Shown: positions 49,873-60,866, counted from the stretch's first letter. The stretch: 64,000 nt of DNA from Candidatus Bathyarchaeia archaeon (GCA_050015395.1 JBEKBM010000006.1:51235-115234), one strand, 5' to 3'. Numbers and translations are program-made. The notes: a model not told the origin generated them from the letters alone.

Positions 49873-50211
49873 ATGCGATATCCGTATTGGAGAACGATTA
49901 GTTTATTTGGTTACGTTTTTGGCGGGCTTTTCCTTTTAGTGGGTCTTTACGCGTATTTGTACTATGAAACGGACTGGATTGGTTGGATTGGTTTGGCATT
50001 TTATCCCTATCGAAATTACGCCATTCCTCTGCTAATTACTGGAATTGCCCTGCTGATTACGGGCTACGTCACAGAACAACGAGCTAGAGAGAAAATAAAA
50101 GGTGTGGGAAAACAACAACCGATAGCAAACTTAGGTGTTTGTTCCGATTGTGGAGCAAAGCGAGACTTGGATGCCCAATACTGCAAAAAATGCGGCAAGA
50201 AATTCGAATGA
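49873..50211 (+). CDS. 2-TM membrane protein with C-terminal zinc ribbon
   Basis: Two TMs followed by CSDCG...CKKCG. Confidence 0.8.
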   Translation: MRYPYWRTISLFGYVFGGLFLLVGLYAYLYYETDWIGWIGLAFYPYRNYAIPLLITGIALLITGYVTEQRAREKIKGVGKQQPIANLGVCSDCGAKRDLDAQYCKKCGKKFE

Positions 50212-50529
50212 CTACAAGCCTTGTGTTTTTGCTTGTGTGCGCGCATGCGTGTTGAGATTGTGTGGAGAAATGTGAGTGAAAGTGTGAAAGCGGCTTTTCT
50301 TTGGATAATAGAAGGTTTGGATGATTGTAAGGCAGAATAAGGAGGATTGTCAAGATGCAACTCTCTTCTCAAACGCTTTTTTCCACAAATATGCCATTAG
50401 AAAAAGATCAAAGCCCAACTGACTATTGTCCCAAAGCCCGAAACGCAAAAAATATAAATAGCGCGACCTTTTTATAACGCGTTTTATTCAAAGCGCGAAT
50501 GGAATAGAAAAAGTACTTGCTGGGTTTAT

Positions 50530-52470
50530 ATGCATTTTAAGTACCAGAAAGCCATGATCCTACTAATTGGCATTTTGTTACTAGTTTTCATAACGCCTAC
50601 CTCTTTAGTAGCCAACTGCGAAAAGACCAGTACTTTTCAAGCTCAATATGGGCTCCTCAACCAAAAGTTGTATGTTTCAGTACCGCCTTCACTCTACGAC
50701 TATTATAGTAACATGAGCCACACAGTAAATACCGACAGTGATTACGCAAAATTTGTTACGCCTCAAGCTGTCGAACCCATCGCGGAGAGCATTCAAAACA
50801 TTACTCGCAATCTGCCTTACAGCAACGAACAGTTTGCTGATGCCGTGTTAACGCTGGTTCACCAAATCCCATATGCTATTAATGGTCCAGAATATCCTGT
50901 TGAAACTCTTGTAAACAATTCTGGAGATTGCGTTGCATTGTCACTCCTTGCGGCTTCCATCATGCAGGCTGGAGGCTTAGCTGTTGTTTTAATTCACTAT
51001 ACAGGGATAACCCCCGGTCACATGAATGTTGGAGTTTACCTACCCTACACGCCGGTCTATCATACCGCTGGGATGGCACCCACCGATTTTGTGTACGACA
51101 ATAAAACTTACTGGACAGCTGAGTGCACCCCTGCCGAAAACTGGAAAGTTGGAGACCAATGGAACGCCCTCGCTAACGCAGAACCTAATATTATTCCCCT
51201 TAATAACACTGAGCAATCATCACCAGCACAGGTTTCATCAAGTTTGAACACGCCTTTACTCCCTTCGTCCATAACTATTAATCTGTCTCAAGAACAATCA
51301 AGTGCTAATATGTCTCAAGAACAATCAAGTATTGGAGAAAATCCGCGTGCTCTTACGATTTCAGGTTCAATTTCACCAACGTACTCGGGGGAAAACGTCT
51401 CTATATACGTTAGTAACGCATCTTCCTATGATTATTTCACAACAGTTACAAATGATGCTGGCGGGTACATGTCGACTTGGAACTTTACCTCACCAGGCAC
51501 ATACTACATTAGAACAAGTTGGAGTGGTGCTTCAAATTATGCCGGTGCCGACAGCGAAACACTTACAGTTTTTGTCGGACCAGAATCATTTGCTCAGTTT
51601 GAGACCCCCAACTATAACTACATATATGGGCAAGCTATATTTGTGCAAGCAGGCCTTGGAGCTTATGAACTTAGCCCACTGCAAGGTGTTAACGATTTTC
51701 TTAGCATCCCCTTAGGAACAGGTGTTTCGTTCAGCTACGATTTCACTATACTACAAGCCGGGCATACAATATCGAACGTTCAAACAGAAACAATAACAAT
51801 ACCAGCAAGCGAACAAACAATAAGAATGGGAAGAAACGGGCAAACAAAAACAATAACGATACCTGGGGAAACAATAACAACACCAGTAAATGTACCGACA
51901 GGCTTGCAGCCTATAATGTTACCAGATGATTTTAATCAAACGATAAACAATCAGTTTTGTTTTATCCTTCAAAATAACAGCGGAAATTACAGCTTAAACG
52001 TTAGTGGACTGAACGACATTGACATGTCTAACATAATACAAGGTAATGAAAGCAACATAGCTTTCATGAACGCTTCTGAGAACATAAAAGAAAACACGTG
52101 GTACAATGTCACAGAAAGAATATCTGACAACGGAATAACTGCTAATTTATACAACACAAACGGCACTCTCATAGAAAATATGGTAACTCCATATAATGGA
52201 ACGGACAGCAATGAAACGGTAATGTTAATAACGAATAACGTAGATAGCGCCGTAATTTTGAAAGACTTGACAGTCAAAGCTCTTAATATCACAATTCAAC
52301 CGCCCAAGAGCAATGAAAAGACAACTAATGAAAGCGGATCGTTATTTCCATACGTTAGCTTGTCAATTCTCTTAGTTGCAACCTTTTCAGTAGCAGTGGT
52401 CTACGTCAAGAAAAAAAGACAAATGAGACAAAAAAACCGGAATAATGTGCAGCCAACGAACCAAATATGA
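50530..52470 (+). CDS. Exported transglutaminase/cysteine-protease-like surface protein
   Basis: Signal peptide, VHQIPY, YPVETL..NSGDC, GHMNVG, AECT; Ig-like repeats; C-terminal TM; many N-x-S/T sequons. Confidence 0.75.
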   Translation: MHFKYQKAMILLIGILLLVFITPTSLVANCEKTSTFQAQYGLLNQKLYVSVPPSLYDYYSNMSHTVNTDSDYAKFVTPQAVEPIAESIQNITRNLPYSNEQFADAVLTLVHQIPYAINGPEYPVETLVNNSGDCVALSLLAASIMQAGGLAVVLIHYTGITPGHMNVGVYLPYTPVYHTAGMAPTDFVYDNKTYWTAECTPAENWKVGDQWNALANAEPNIIPLNNTEQSSPAQVSSSLNTPLLPSSITINLSQEQSSANMSQEQSSIGENPRALTISGSISPTYSGENVSIYVSNASSYDYFTTVTNDAGGYMSTWNFTSPGTYYIRTSWSGASNYAGADSETLTVFVGPESFAQFETPNYNYIYGQAIFVQAGLGAYELSPLQGVNDFLSIPLGTGVSFSYDFTILQAGHTISNVQTETITIPASEQTIRMGRNGQTKTITIPGETITTPVNVPTGLQPIMLPDDFNQTINNQFCFILQNNSGNYSLNVSGLNDIDMSNIIQGNESNIAFMNASENIKENTWYNVTERISDNGITANLYNTNGTLIENMVTPYNGTDSNETVMLITNNVDSAVILKDLTVKALNITIQPPKSNEKTTNESGSLFPYVSLSILLVATFSVAVVYVKKKRQMRQKNRNNVQPTNQI

Positions 52471-52549
52471 CTGCGAATCAGGTTAACACTCGAGAGTCAA
52501 GGGCTTAGAACAGGCTTTATTGTGGTAAATGAGGTTGTATATTGTTGGC

Positions 52550-54037
52550 TTATAGGGTTGCGCGGAATCCTCTGAGTACTTCTTTGATGGATTGGATAAG
52601 GGGATGTTTGACTTGTACTGGTTCGGCTAGTTTTTCTAGGCGGTCTACTCGCCAGTATATGGGAGGGTGGCTGTCTAATCCGACCCATTCTTGGAGGCGG
52701 AAACTGGGTGTGCGTTCGAATAGGAGGCGTCGGAAGCCGATTTTTTCTAATGAGTTCGCCAAGATTTTGGGTTGCCCCATCATTATGGCGGACGTTAGGT
52801 CAGCGCGGGCTTCGAAGAATTTGGCTATGAAGAATATGAGCGTCATGACTGCGAAGAAGTAAACGAAGAACAGTAAAGACAAAAATATTTCTGGGAACAG
52901 TGCGAGTAGGACGTAGAATCGAAATATGAACTCGGCGCTTAATAATCCGAAAAGGATGAGAGGGTCTCTGCCCTTGAGGTGACCGAACTCGTGCCCTAAG
53001 ACGCTTACGACTTCAGGTTCATCAAGCTGGACAAGCAGGCCAGTGGTTATGAGGACTATCCCTCGACTGGGACTGGGCCCGGAAGCAGCGGCGTTAGGAA
53101 CCATGGTGTTTGAAATAACGATTTTAGGTACTTTGAAGCCAAAGCGGTCAGCCACCTTCTTCACTAGCTCGTAGACATTGATTTTTTTGGATGACAAGCT
53201 GCCCTGCCTGCAGGATACATTGTATTTGGAGAAGACGCTTTCTGCTTCGTTGCAGTCGATTTCGCCGTGCTTAGCTATAATTTCTTCGTAGACTTCCTTT
53301 TTGAGGGCTACCAGTTGCTCGGGCGGGATTTGTTTGTAGTCGTCAAGCGTGCCGAGTGAGCCGATTGGCGGCTGGTACTCCAAGAAATGTATAGTGGGGT
53401 TGTCTTTGGTGATGGTCCAGTCGCCTGATCTGGCAATGATTTTGGCAGAGTAGAAAATGAACACGGATTGTGACGCGATTAGGATTATTGGGGCGATCCA
53501 GAAATACTGGTGATAATACACGTAAACAACAATGAATAATCCCATTCCTAAAACTATGAATACGAAGGAGAGGAGAATTTGGGTTTCCAAAAAGATGCGT
53601 TGGAAGCTTTTTTCATGAAGCTTAACCTTTTCGGGAACGATTTTTTCGCCTTCCTGCCACGCGAAGTACCATGTGGCTTTGCGGGCTTTTTCCTCGAACA
53701 TCTGCGTAGCAATAACCACGTCCTGTCGGGCTTCTGCTATAGCTGCGTCGGAGACCTGCATGTCCAGAGGCGTTATGGTCACGTTCACAGAGTCAGTGCC
53801 CACTACCTCCACTTGCAGGATTTGCTTTCCCTGCGCGTCGAGGACAACGTAGGAGATGCGGTTGCTGTTTGGGGTTACCTCTTTGGAGAGGCTGGAGAAA
53901 CGCTGCTTCTGCGGAGTCAAATATTGCTTGTACATGAAGTCGAATAGTTTTTCGTAGTAGCTGGGAGGAACTTCGGTGTCAATCTTATAAGAAACAGGCA
54001 ATGTAACTATTACTCTCCAAAACCTAAAGTGCTTCAA
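52550..54037 (-). CDS. htpX: HtpX-like M48 zinc metalloprotease with N-terminal extension
   Basis: PNAAA, TTGLL, HEFGH, EARAD, SHPP. Confidence 0.85.
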   Translation of the reverse strand: MKHFRFWRVIVTLPVSYKIDTEVPPSYYEKLFDFMYKQYLTPQKQRFSSLSKEVTPNSNRISYVVLDAQGKQILQVEVVGTDSVNVTITPLDMQVSDAAIAEARQDVVIATQMFEEKARKATWYFAWQEGEKIVPEKVKLHEKSFQRIFLETQILLSFVFIVLGMGLFIVVYVYYHQYFWIAPIILIASQSVFIFYSAKIIARSGDWTITKDNPTIHFLEYQPPIGSLGTLDDYKQIPPEQLVALKKEVYEEIIAKHGEIDCNEAESVFSKYNVSCRQGSLSSKKINVYELVKKVADRFGFKVPKIVISNTMVPNAAASGPSPSRGIVLITTGLLVQLDEPEVVSVLGHEFGHLKGRDPLILFGLLSAEFIFRFYVLLALFPEIFLSLLFFVYFFAVMTLIFFIAKFFEARADLTSAIMMGQPKILANSLEKIGFRRLLFERTPSFRLQEWVGLDSHPPIYWRVDRLEKLAEPVQVKHPLIQSIKEVLRGFRATL

Positions 54038-54245
54038 ATTAAATATGCTTTTCTTTCGTTATTAACTCTGCGGGTAAATAAGGCTATAAAGCCAAAGCAT
54101 TTCGGTAGGTCTCCAAAGGCACAGTAAAATCAAAAATTTAGCGTGCGTGGCTGTTTCTAAATTGGTCGTGAAGTAACGCTTTTTGGTGTGAATATCCTTA
54201 AATATGACACGTGTCATATTTCAACAATCAAAAGTTGGTAACATA

Positions 54246-55118
54246 ATGAAGCAATCCAGGCTTCTATTAGTAACTGCAACAATAATCGGACTACTGCTTA
54301 TCGCCTCCTTTGGCTGGAGTTTAAAACCTACCGCTCATGCAGATACTAACAATACCGACTGGCAGCTAAGCGTGACAGGACTTGTTAACAACCCTTTGAA
54401 TCTTACATTGGCAGACCTGGAGGCTATGCCCCAAACCACTGAACATGCCGCGATGTATTGCGTGGGTGACCCTGGCGTTGCGATCTCAGAAGGCAACTGG
54501 ACCGGAGTCCAACTTTGGACGTTACTTGAGACAGCGGGAGTTTCCCCCGACGCGATCAAGGTCGCATTTTTTGCAAGCGACGGCTTTTCAACAGACTTGC
54601 CAATAGCGACAGCACAGCAAAGCAACATAGTGCTAGCCTACGCAGAAAACGGAAATCCTCTACCTGAAGTGTTACGCTTGGTAGTGCCTGGCGAGTGGGG
54701 ATACAAGTGGATAGACATGGTCACAAACATCCAACTTGTAAACTTCAACTATTTAGGCACCGAGGAAAGTCAAGGATACGACGACAACGGAGTCAGCGCC
54801 GCCTCCATCACAGCACCTATTCCACCGTCGTACAATTATTTGCCTTCCCCCACTCCTTCGCTTTCGCTTTCACCTTCTCCAACGCCTCACTTTTCCACAA
54901 CGCCTTCCCCCTCAGATTCATCAACCCCCACATTGGCAACGCCAACACAGCTCGACAAACAAACGTTCCCAATGACAAATTACACATTTATAATTGTAAT
55001 CGCGATCTTGATTGCGACCGCAGCAGCCGCAGTAATTCTCAGAAAAAGTAAACAGACCAAAAACAAAAAACAAGTCCAAACGGCATCCACCGTTAGTAAC
55101 TTGAGGCCTTTTCGTTAA
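54246..55118 (+). CDS. Exported sulfite-oxidase/MsrP-like molybdopterin-binding domain with Pro/Ser/Thr linker and C-terminal anchor
   Basis: WQLSVTGLV, MYCVG, WTGV.L, DGFST, LAY..NG.PL, LRLVVPGEWGYKW. Confidence 0.85.
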   Translation: MKQSRLLLVTATIIGLLLIASFGWSLKPTAHADTNNTDWQLSVTGLVNNPLNLTLADLEAMPQTTEHAAMYCVGDPGVAISEGNWTGVQLWTLLETAGVSPDAIKVAFFASDGFSTDLPIATAQQSNIVLAYAENGNPLPEVLRLVVPGEWGYKWIDMVTNIQLVNFNYLGTEESQGYDDNGVSAASITAPIPPSYNYLPSPTPSLSLSPSPTPHFSTTPSPSDSSTPTLATPTQLDKQTFPMTNYTFIIVIAILIATAAAAVILRKSKQTKNKKQVQTASTVSNLRPFR

Positions 55119-55419
55119 GGAGAAAATGGCTTCAACCAGTCTGGGAAGACCCAAATTCGCGTATCATGTCCCGTCCACGGCAACAAAACAGGTAACAGCT
55201 GCACTTGGAAACCCGTATAAGGCGCTTGTGACCCTACAGTTCAGTCGGCTTAGGCTCGTTGCAGGTTCGAGAAGAGCGGCTACTGCAAACAAGTAAAAAA
55301 GAATTGCGAACCTCAAAACTGCCCCCAAACGAGAAAATAAGAATTATAACCATTTTACACCAATTTCTGGGCATAAGCGTATCATTAATAAAGATGACTC
55401 GACGAACCGTTTGATGCTT

Positions 55420-56736
55420 CTACTTTTTTTCTTGAATTTCAACCATGACAACCAAGCCTTTCAAAGCTTTAACGTTGACTTGCTCGCCTTTCTCGATATC
55501 TCCAGATAAGGATTCAGCGCGCCAGGTTTCCCCAGCTACCCTGACTTCTCCTTTAGGTTTCAGGTCAGTAATTGCCACGCCTGTTTTGCCTATCATGGCT
55601 TCTGGACCCGTGAGTTTGGAGCGCCGCCTGATTGGCCCAATCACCCACCTGATGTACAAGCCAATGATTACTCCAAAAACGACAAGCAAGCTAAGCTCAA
55701 TTTCCACCAGCCCCGTTATCGGCGAAGGCGAATACTGCAATCCTAACGAAAGATAATAGATGCCGAAAGCGCCGAGGATTACTCCTGCCATAAGCGCGAA
55801 CCCGTGTCCTAGCTTCAACTCCGCGACAATCAGCGCCGCAGCCACCACCAGTATTACTATACCGAGCAGCGAAGCACCAATTATCTCCGCTCCAACCAAG
55901 CCCGCGGCAATAGCGATAACACCTAAAATGGTCAGCACGATGGTTGGGTGGAAAACATCCAGCACAACTGCGACGACTCCGACGAGGAAGAGAATGCCAT
56001 CCAGAGTAGAATTGCTCAAGGCGCTAAGTATTTGCTCGTAGAGGTCTTCACTTAGGACCACCTGATGGTTTCCAGACAAGCCCCACTGGTTAAGCGCGTC
56101 GGATAACGAGTTTGCTATGCCATCTGCAACATGAAAAGCTACTGCCTCATTGGCTGTATATGCTTGATCAGCATAAACCATGTTGAAAGCCGCGGTGGTG
56201 TTGCGCCCCCAACTCACTGCAAGGGCCTGCATTGTTTCAATCATTGCATCTTCAGTATGGTTTTGCTCCAGCGCTGTGCCGCCGACTACGATGGGGGTGC
56301 TTGGACCAATTTCTGAGCCTGGCGCCATGAGAATACTGTTTGTTGCCATGGCTATGTAGCTGCCAGCGGAAGCGCCCAAGCCATTGGGCACGATGAAAGT
56401 GTATGTTGGAATGCCTGTTTGATTCGCCGCTGTGATGGATGATATGATAGAGAGCATGTCACTGAGGGTTCCGCCAGGAGTATTCATCTCGATAACTATG
56501 GCGGCTGCTTTTTGGCTTTGCGCAGTGGAGACGACACGGGACATGAAAGCAGATGAGCCAGGATCTACAGGAACGTTAAAATTTGCTATGATCACGTTTC
56601 CGTTTCCAGATGCTTCAGGTTGCGTTGATGCGGCTGCAGAAGAAACAAAGAAATTGCTTGCCACAAGCAAAAGCAGCGCTACAAGTAAACCTAAGATTAC
56701 CAAGCCGCAAAAATATTTCTGCTTTGTTTTTGACAA
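55420..56736 (-). CDS. nfeD: NfeD-family membrane-bound serine protease (ClpP class)
   Basis: MNTPGG, ASAGSYI, MAPGSEIG, TM bundle, OB fold GEVRVAGETWRA. Confidence 0.9.
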   Translation of the reverse strand: MSKTKQKYFCGLVILGLLVALLLLVASNFFVSSAAASTQPEASGNGNVIIANFNVPVDPGSSAFMSRVVSTAQSQKAAAIVIEMNTPGGTLSDMLSIISSITAANQTGIPTYTFIVPNGLGASAGSYIAMATNSILMAPGSEIGPSTPIVVGGTALEQNHTEDAMIETMQALAVSWGRNTTAAFNMVYADQAYTANEAVAFHVADGIANSLSDALNQWGLSGNHQVVLSEDLYEQILSALSNSTLDGILFLVGVVAVVLDVFHPTIVLTILGVIAIAAGLVGAEIIGASLLGIVILVVAAALIVAELKLGHGFALMAGVILGAFGIYYLSLGLQYSPSPITGLVEIELSLLVVFGVIIGLYIRWVIGPIRRRSKLTGPEAMIGKTGVAITDLKPKGEVRVAGETWRAESLSGDIEKGEQVNVKALKGLVVMVEIQEKK

Positions 56737-56950
56737 TTTGCTTCTATTCTTGGCTATTTAGAAAGCTACCTATAAGCTTTGGCATAACTACAGTAGTTCC
56801 GAAAGTGTCTGGCGCCTGCTTGGGTATAACGTTTTTTACTTGCTAAGTAGATTTGCAAGCCAGCTTAAGGCTGCTTGAAAGCCTTCAACGACGCCTAAGA
56901 GTGTTCACCGGCATAAACCTGAGCAATCCACGCCAAGAAACCACTCAAAC

Positions 56951-56998
56951 TTTACCGCCAACTGTACCGTCAAAATGTACCGTCAAAACGTATATAAC
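56951..56998 (+). promoter_or_regulatory. Tandem direct repeats abutting a TATA-like box
   Basis: TGTACCGTCAAAA twice (56963-56988), a degenerate TTTACCGCCAAC before them, then TATATAAC at 56991. Confidence 0.45.
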
Positions 56999-57117
56999 TA
57001 CACCTACCCGTAGGCAGTAGAGCACACAAAGCTTAACCCACTTACGGATCTACTGAACTAGACAGTAATTGTGTTAGCTGAAGCTGTTTAGCGTCAAGTC
57101 TAGATAGCCTTGTCTTA

Positions 57118-57278
57118 AGAGGATGCTTAGCAAACATGGACTTTACTGCTGCATTGACCTATAACCATGAAGGTGAGTGATGAGTAACAATGAATATGCG
57201 TGACGTTAAAGAAGACCAAAAACAAGCCCTGTTTACCAAAATAAGCCTTAAACAAACGTTAACAGCACCAGAAAAATC
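57118..57278 (+). repeat. Dispersed ~160-bp repeat, copy B
   Basis: Aligns with the reverse complement of 13203-13363. Confidence 0.85.
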
Positions 57279-57945
57279 AGCTTTTCACTTGCACTTTCTT
57301 GCGCCAAACCAAAATTACTGCAACAGCTACTACGACTATCACGATTGTAGATATAAGCACATAAAATGGGGTTGAATCCACAGGGGTCTGGGGTTGCCAC
57401 ATGTTGGTGGCGTTAGCGACTGTTTTCATGGTGAAGTTGTAGTCTGTGTAATTGGAGTAGGCTTCAACCATTATACCTGTTTGTTTGTCCCATTCAAATG
57501 TCGTAGTTTCCATCTTGTTAATGGTCACTGTTCCAGTGTCGACGGTTCGTTTGGCACCTACGCAGGTTATCTGCTTGGAACCTGTGATTGTTACGTTTCC
57601 TATGTGGGCATCGTAGAAAACGTCCCCTGCAGACAGGTTTGCGGGTATGAAGAAGTCGTCGCCAAGGTGACCTGTTTGTAGGTTGAGGGTGATGTTTTCG
57701 TACAAGTATGTGCCGTTGGTGAACAGTGTGGTCATGTTAAGGTTGAGGACAGGTCCTTGTACATCAGTGACTTCTGTCATTGCCCACTGTGCGTCATGAT
57801 TTTCCATGTTGCCTGTTGTGACAACTTGGTATTCTATCCAGTCGCCTTTTTTCACTCCTACGGAGACATCTGCAAAAGCTACTGCTAATGAAGCTGTTAT
57901 GGTAAGCACAGTTAAGGCTACTGCAAGCAAGGCTAATTTATGCAT
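57277..57945 (-). CDS. Exported protein with C-terminal TM anchor
   Basis: Signal peptide, GVKKGDWIEY, WDKQTG, C-terminal TM + RKK. Confidence 0.75.
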   Translation of the reverse strand: MHKLALLAVALTVLTITASLAVAFADVSVGVKKGDWIEYQVVTTGNMENHDAQWAMTEVTDVQGPVLNLNMTTLFTNGTYLYENITLNLQTGHLGDDFFIPANLSAGDVFYDAHIGNVTITGSKQITCVGAKRTVDTGTVTINKMETTTFEWDKQTGIMVEAYSNYTDYNFTMKTVANATNMWQPQTPVDSTPFYVLISTIVIVVVAVAVILVWRKKVQVKS

Positions 57946-58261
57946 GTTTGGTTAAAATGTTTGTTGCTTTTGCCCTTTTAAAGGTTTATCAGATTTCGGC
58001 AGGCTAGAGGCCTACCAATCGTCATGCAGATTTAATGAGAGAATTTGCAAGCAAAATCATGCGCGGCTTAGAAGATATGAAAGAAAGCGAATAAATACCG
58101 ACGAGGTTAAGCAGGTTTGTATAGGCAACGCGAAGAAATGATAAAGTGGCTGTAAGAAGTAAATCGAAAATTTCGTCAGAAAGGATACGTTAGCCCAGAC
58201 AAAGAGATGACTGCACAGCCTTCTCCCGACAGGATCCAGCATTATATGTGTACTATGGGCG

Positions 58262-59206
58262 CTATGGAGAACTATTTTCTTCGCGGGAATTATTGGTGAA
58301 GAGCAGTGGTAATCCAAGCAGCGGGAGTGACAGCATCCACAGGTCAAGGTTATGCCCTAGAAACCATGCATACCAGTCGCTCCATATGTAATTGCCTCCA
58401 AAGAAAATCCATGTTAAATAGTTCCATAGAAAGTACATTCCAAGCGCTAGGATGATAGCCCCTATGGTTTTCAGCTTTAACTCCTGCAAAGATTTTGCTC
58501 CGCTGGATTTCTTCGAAAAGTACGCGGTATAAATTGTCAAGGCTAGCAATCCGAATGTGGTTAAAATGAAACTTAACATGTTTTGTGGATAGGCGGTAAG
58601 ATATCCGTTTCCTTTCTCGTAGATTAATGTTATGAACCACATGCTTGTGTTAGTTAACCAAAACACGATAATGTAGATTGTGCCTGTAATTAATCCCCAT
58701 TTTATCGCTTTCTGTGCGGGTTTGCTCGTGTTCAATTTTGACGCTAATATAAATAGAGAGATAGGAAGAACAATGGATTCTACCAGAAGAGGAATAGCAC
58801 CCAGCGCCATTGAACGTAGCAAGGACATTATCTGAGCGTTATCTAAACCCATCTGTACTAAGCTTTGAACACTTACCACTGAGGTTGTAAGAAGCCCCAA
58901 CCAATAAATCGCTTCAAAAACTAAAATCCACCTCAGTATTTTGTAGGCTGTGGGTTTCGAAAGATTCTTCTTGGCAAAGTAAAAGATGATTGTCGAAAGA
59001 GCTATGATGCTGGCTGCGAATCTGAAAATAAGTCCAATGAATCCGGAGATGTCTTCTGCGAAAATGTCGAATGAAAAGGACCCTGAACGGTTCCATTCGC
59101 CAATCCATGAGAGGGTGAACGTTGCGTGTAAAGTAAACAGGAAATAAGATAAAACGACTATAAACAACCCTATTTTTAGCGGCGAATAGAACTTTTCTTC
59201 AGTCAT
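58262..59206 (-). CDS. Multi-pass membrane protein
   Basis: About 8 hydrophobic segments. Confidence 0.7.
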   Translation of the reverse strand: MTEEKFYSPLKIGLFIVVLSYFLFTLHATFTLSWIGEWNRSGSFSFDIFAEDISGFIGLIFRFAASIIALSTIIFYFAKKNLSKPTAYKILRWILVFEAIYWLGLLTTSVVSVQSLVQMGLDNAQIMSLLRSMALGAIPLLVESIVLPISLFILASKLNTSKPAQKAIKWGLITGTIYIIVFWLTNTSMWFITLIYEKGNGYLTAYPQNMLSFILTTFGLLALTIYTAYFSKKSSGAKSLQELKLKTIGAIILALGMYFLWNYLTWIFFGGNYIWSDWYAWFLGHNLDLWMLSLPLLGLPLLFTNNSREENSSP

Positions 59207-59390
59207 GACCTTAACCGGCAGTATAACAAAACTTCGTTCTCTCCAAATATATTACATTTGCGGTTTCAGCGCAGTCCACTACTGGAGTTACAGGCTGTCT
59301 TCTTTCAAACAAGAGAAAGGTTAATGTTAAATACAAATTTACTCTTAATCAATAAACAACACGCTCAAGGAAGGCAAGGAAGAACTTTAA

Positions 59391-59630
59391 ATGACTTTAG
59401 CCAACAAAAAATTAACCACAATTTTATTCTCCCTTGAAGGAGTAGGCGCCGTTTTCGTGGGTATTTTCTTAGCAGCTTATCTAGGAGGTCTACCCACAAC
59501 CACTGTTCTGGATGACGAGCCAGCCTTTAGGATTCCACTCATTATTTTCGGTGCAGCGCTCTTAATGCTTATATTGGCAACCGTTGTTATAGCGTTTCTT
59601 CAAAGAAAGAATAATTCTGTTAACTTTTAA
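59391..59630 (+). CDS. Small 2-TM membrane protein
   Basis: Two hydrophobic helices, purine-rich leader. Confidence 0.6.
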   Translation: MTLANKKLTTILFSLEGVGAVFVGIFLAAYLGGLPTTTVLDDEPAFRIPLIIFGAALLMLILATVVIAFLQRKNNSVNF

Positions 59631-59702
59631 TTTGAAAAATAATTTTGTTCTCAGCTTTTCGCAATCACATATGCTTAAGTGTGTTAACATGCCTAGTTTA
59701 AT

Positions 59703-60089
59703 TTGTCATTGTTCTTTTTTTGGAGGTGGATACTTTTGGCTGGAGAAAACGAGGAGGCACTTACAGCAGTATCCAGCAAAGGGGATGCTGATATTATAGT
59801 AGGTAAAAATGTGGAAAAAGATAGGCGTCAAATAGTGTGCATGGAAATAGAAAGCGAAGGCCAAACTAAAGTTCAAAATGAACCGTGTGAACAAGGCGCA
59901 TTTGGAAAAGGGATGCTTGACAACGATACGTACAACTTGATGGAGCAACTGGAAATTGAGAACAGAAGCTTATGGCGCATAAAAAACAACTACAAAAAAG
60001 ATGCTTCAATGAATAATGAAAGTAAACAACTTTGGAATTTTATTGAAAAAGATAAGGAAGAAGTTGGAGGCTTCTTACAGAAAAAGTGA
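59703..60089 (+). CDS. Hypothetical helical protein; start uncertain, possible 3' frameshift
   Basis: LDNDTYNLMEQL...SLWRIKNNYKKDA...WNFIEKDKEE helical pattern. Confidence 0.5.
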   Translation: MSLFFFWRWILLAGENEEALTAVSSKGDADIIVGKNVEKDRRQIVCMEIESEGQTKVQNEPCEQGAFGKGMLDNDTYNLMEQLEIENRSLWRIKNNYKKDASMNNESKQLWNFIEKDKEEVGGFLQKK

Positions 60090-60097
60090 GAGAGCGA

Positions 60098-60727
60098 TTA
60101 TAAAATCCGCTTTTTGCCATTCTCAAACAAATACACTTCTCCAATAAATGAGCAAGCGTCATTATTGTAAACAAGCGCTGAACCCTCAGGTACAGCGTAA
60201 ATTTTCTCCTGTCTTGACAGCCTCTTCAACGTACTGTCTTTTTCAGGTTTATAGTGGACTTTAAGGGTGAGGTCTGCCAAGCCGAGGGCGTCGATAATTT
60301 TGACTTTTGAATTGCGGCGGCAAGTGATTATGCATTTTCGGCAGAGCGCCAACGCTCCTGCACTTCTCCCAACAATAACTCCGCCATAGTTATACAGCAA
60401 ACGGTCAACACCCATGTTTTTCAGGCGCTCAACTAGAACGCTTGCAAGTCCACCCGTTAAATAAACTAAGTTAGAATCAGCCATTTTTTTGGCAATTGTT
60501 TCATTTGAATCAGAGTATTCTATAAAGTTGATGATGCTGGCGCCAAGACTTATAAAATAATCAACCAGCGTCTTCCTTTTTTTATAGCCTTTGTCGAATG
60601 ATGCTCTTGCCCAAGGAAACACAAGAACAATTAGAGGTTCTCCTGCATTTTGGAAGGCTCTCTCGTTTACTTCCCTTGCACTTCTTTTAAAGACATTTTC
60701 TCCGCCTAAGAGATAAAGTTGGGGCAT
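60098..60727 (-). CDS. Peptidase S51/type 1 glutamine amidotransferase-like protein
   Basis: YLTGG, GRSAGA nucleophile elbow, KVHY. Confidence 0.85.
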   Translation of the reverse strand: MPQLYLLGGENVFKRSAREVNERAFQNAGEPLIVLVFPWARASFDKGYKKRKTLVDYFISLGASIINFIEYSDSNETIAKKMADSNLVYLTGGLASVLVERLKNMGVDRLLYNYGGVIVGRSAGALALCRKCIITCRRNSKVKIIDALGLADLTLKVHYKPEKDSTLKRLSRQEKIYAVPEGSALVYNNDACSFIGEVYLFENGKKRIL

Positions 60728-60866
60728 ACAGGCAATAAATTGAAAACGCACCTTAAAAGGGAATGCTACTTTACGCTTGCTTTACACTCAAAGGTGTCAG
60801 CCTTCGCTTTTGGCGCTTCTAACTTGTTTTTTAACTGTATCCCTAAGCGATTGAAATAGAAAACCA

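Noticed and set aside
51279-51330. 27-nt-period tandem duplication (NLSQEQSS/NMSQEQSS)
   Set aside because: Ordinary in-frame slippage in a surface-protein linker.
55119-55340. Cys-rich reading frame continuing in frame after the Moco-domain stop (possible read-through or Pyl/Sec recoding)
   Set aside because: Interrupted by TAA as well as TAG, and no recoding signal is evident. At most a decayed ORF.
56951-56988. Short tandem repeats considered as a CRISPR array
   Set aside because: 13-bp units with no spacers, and no cas genes in the window.
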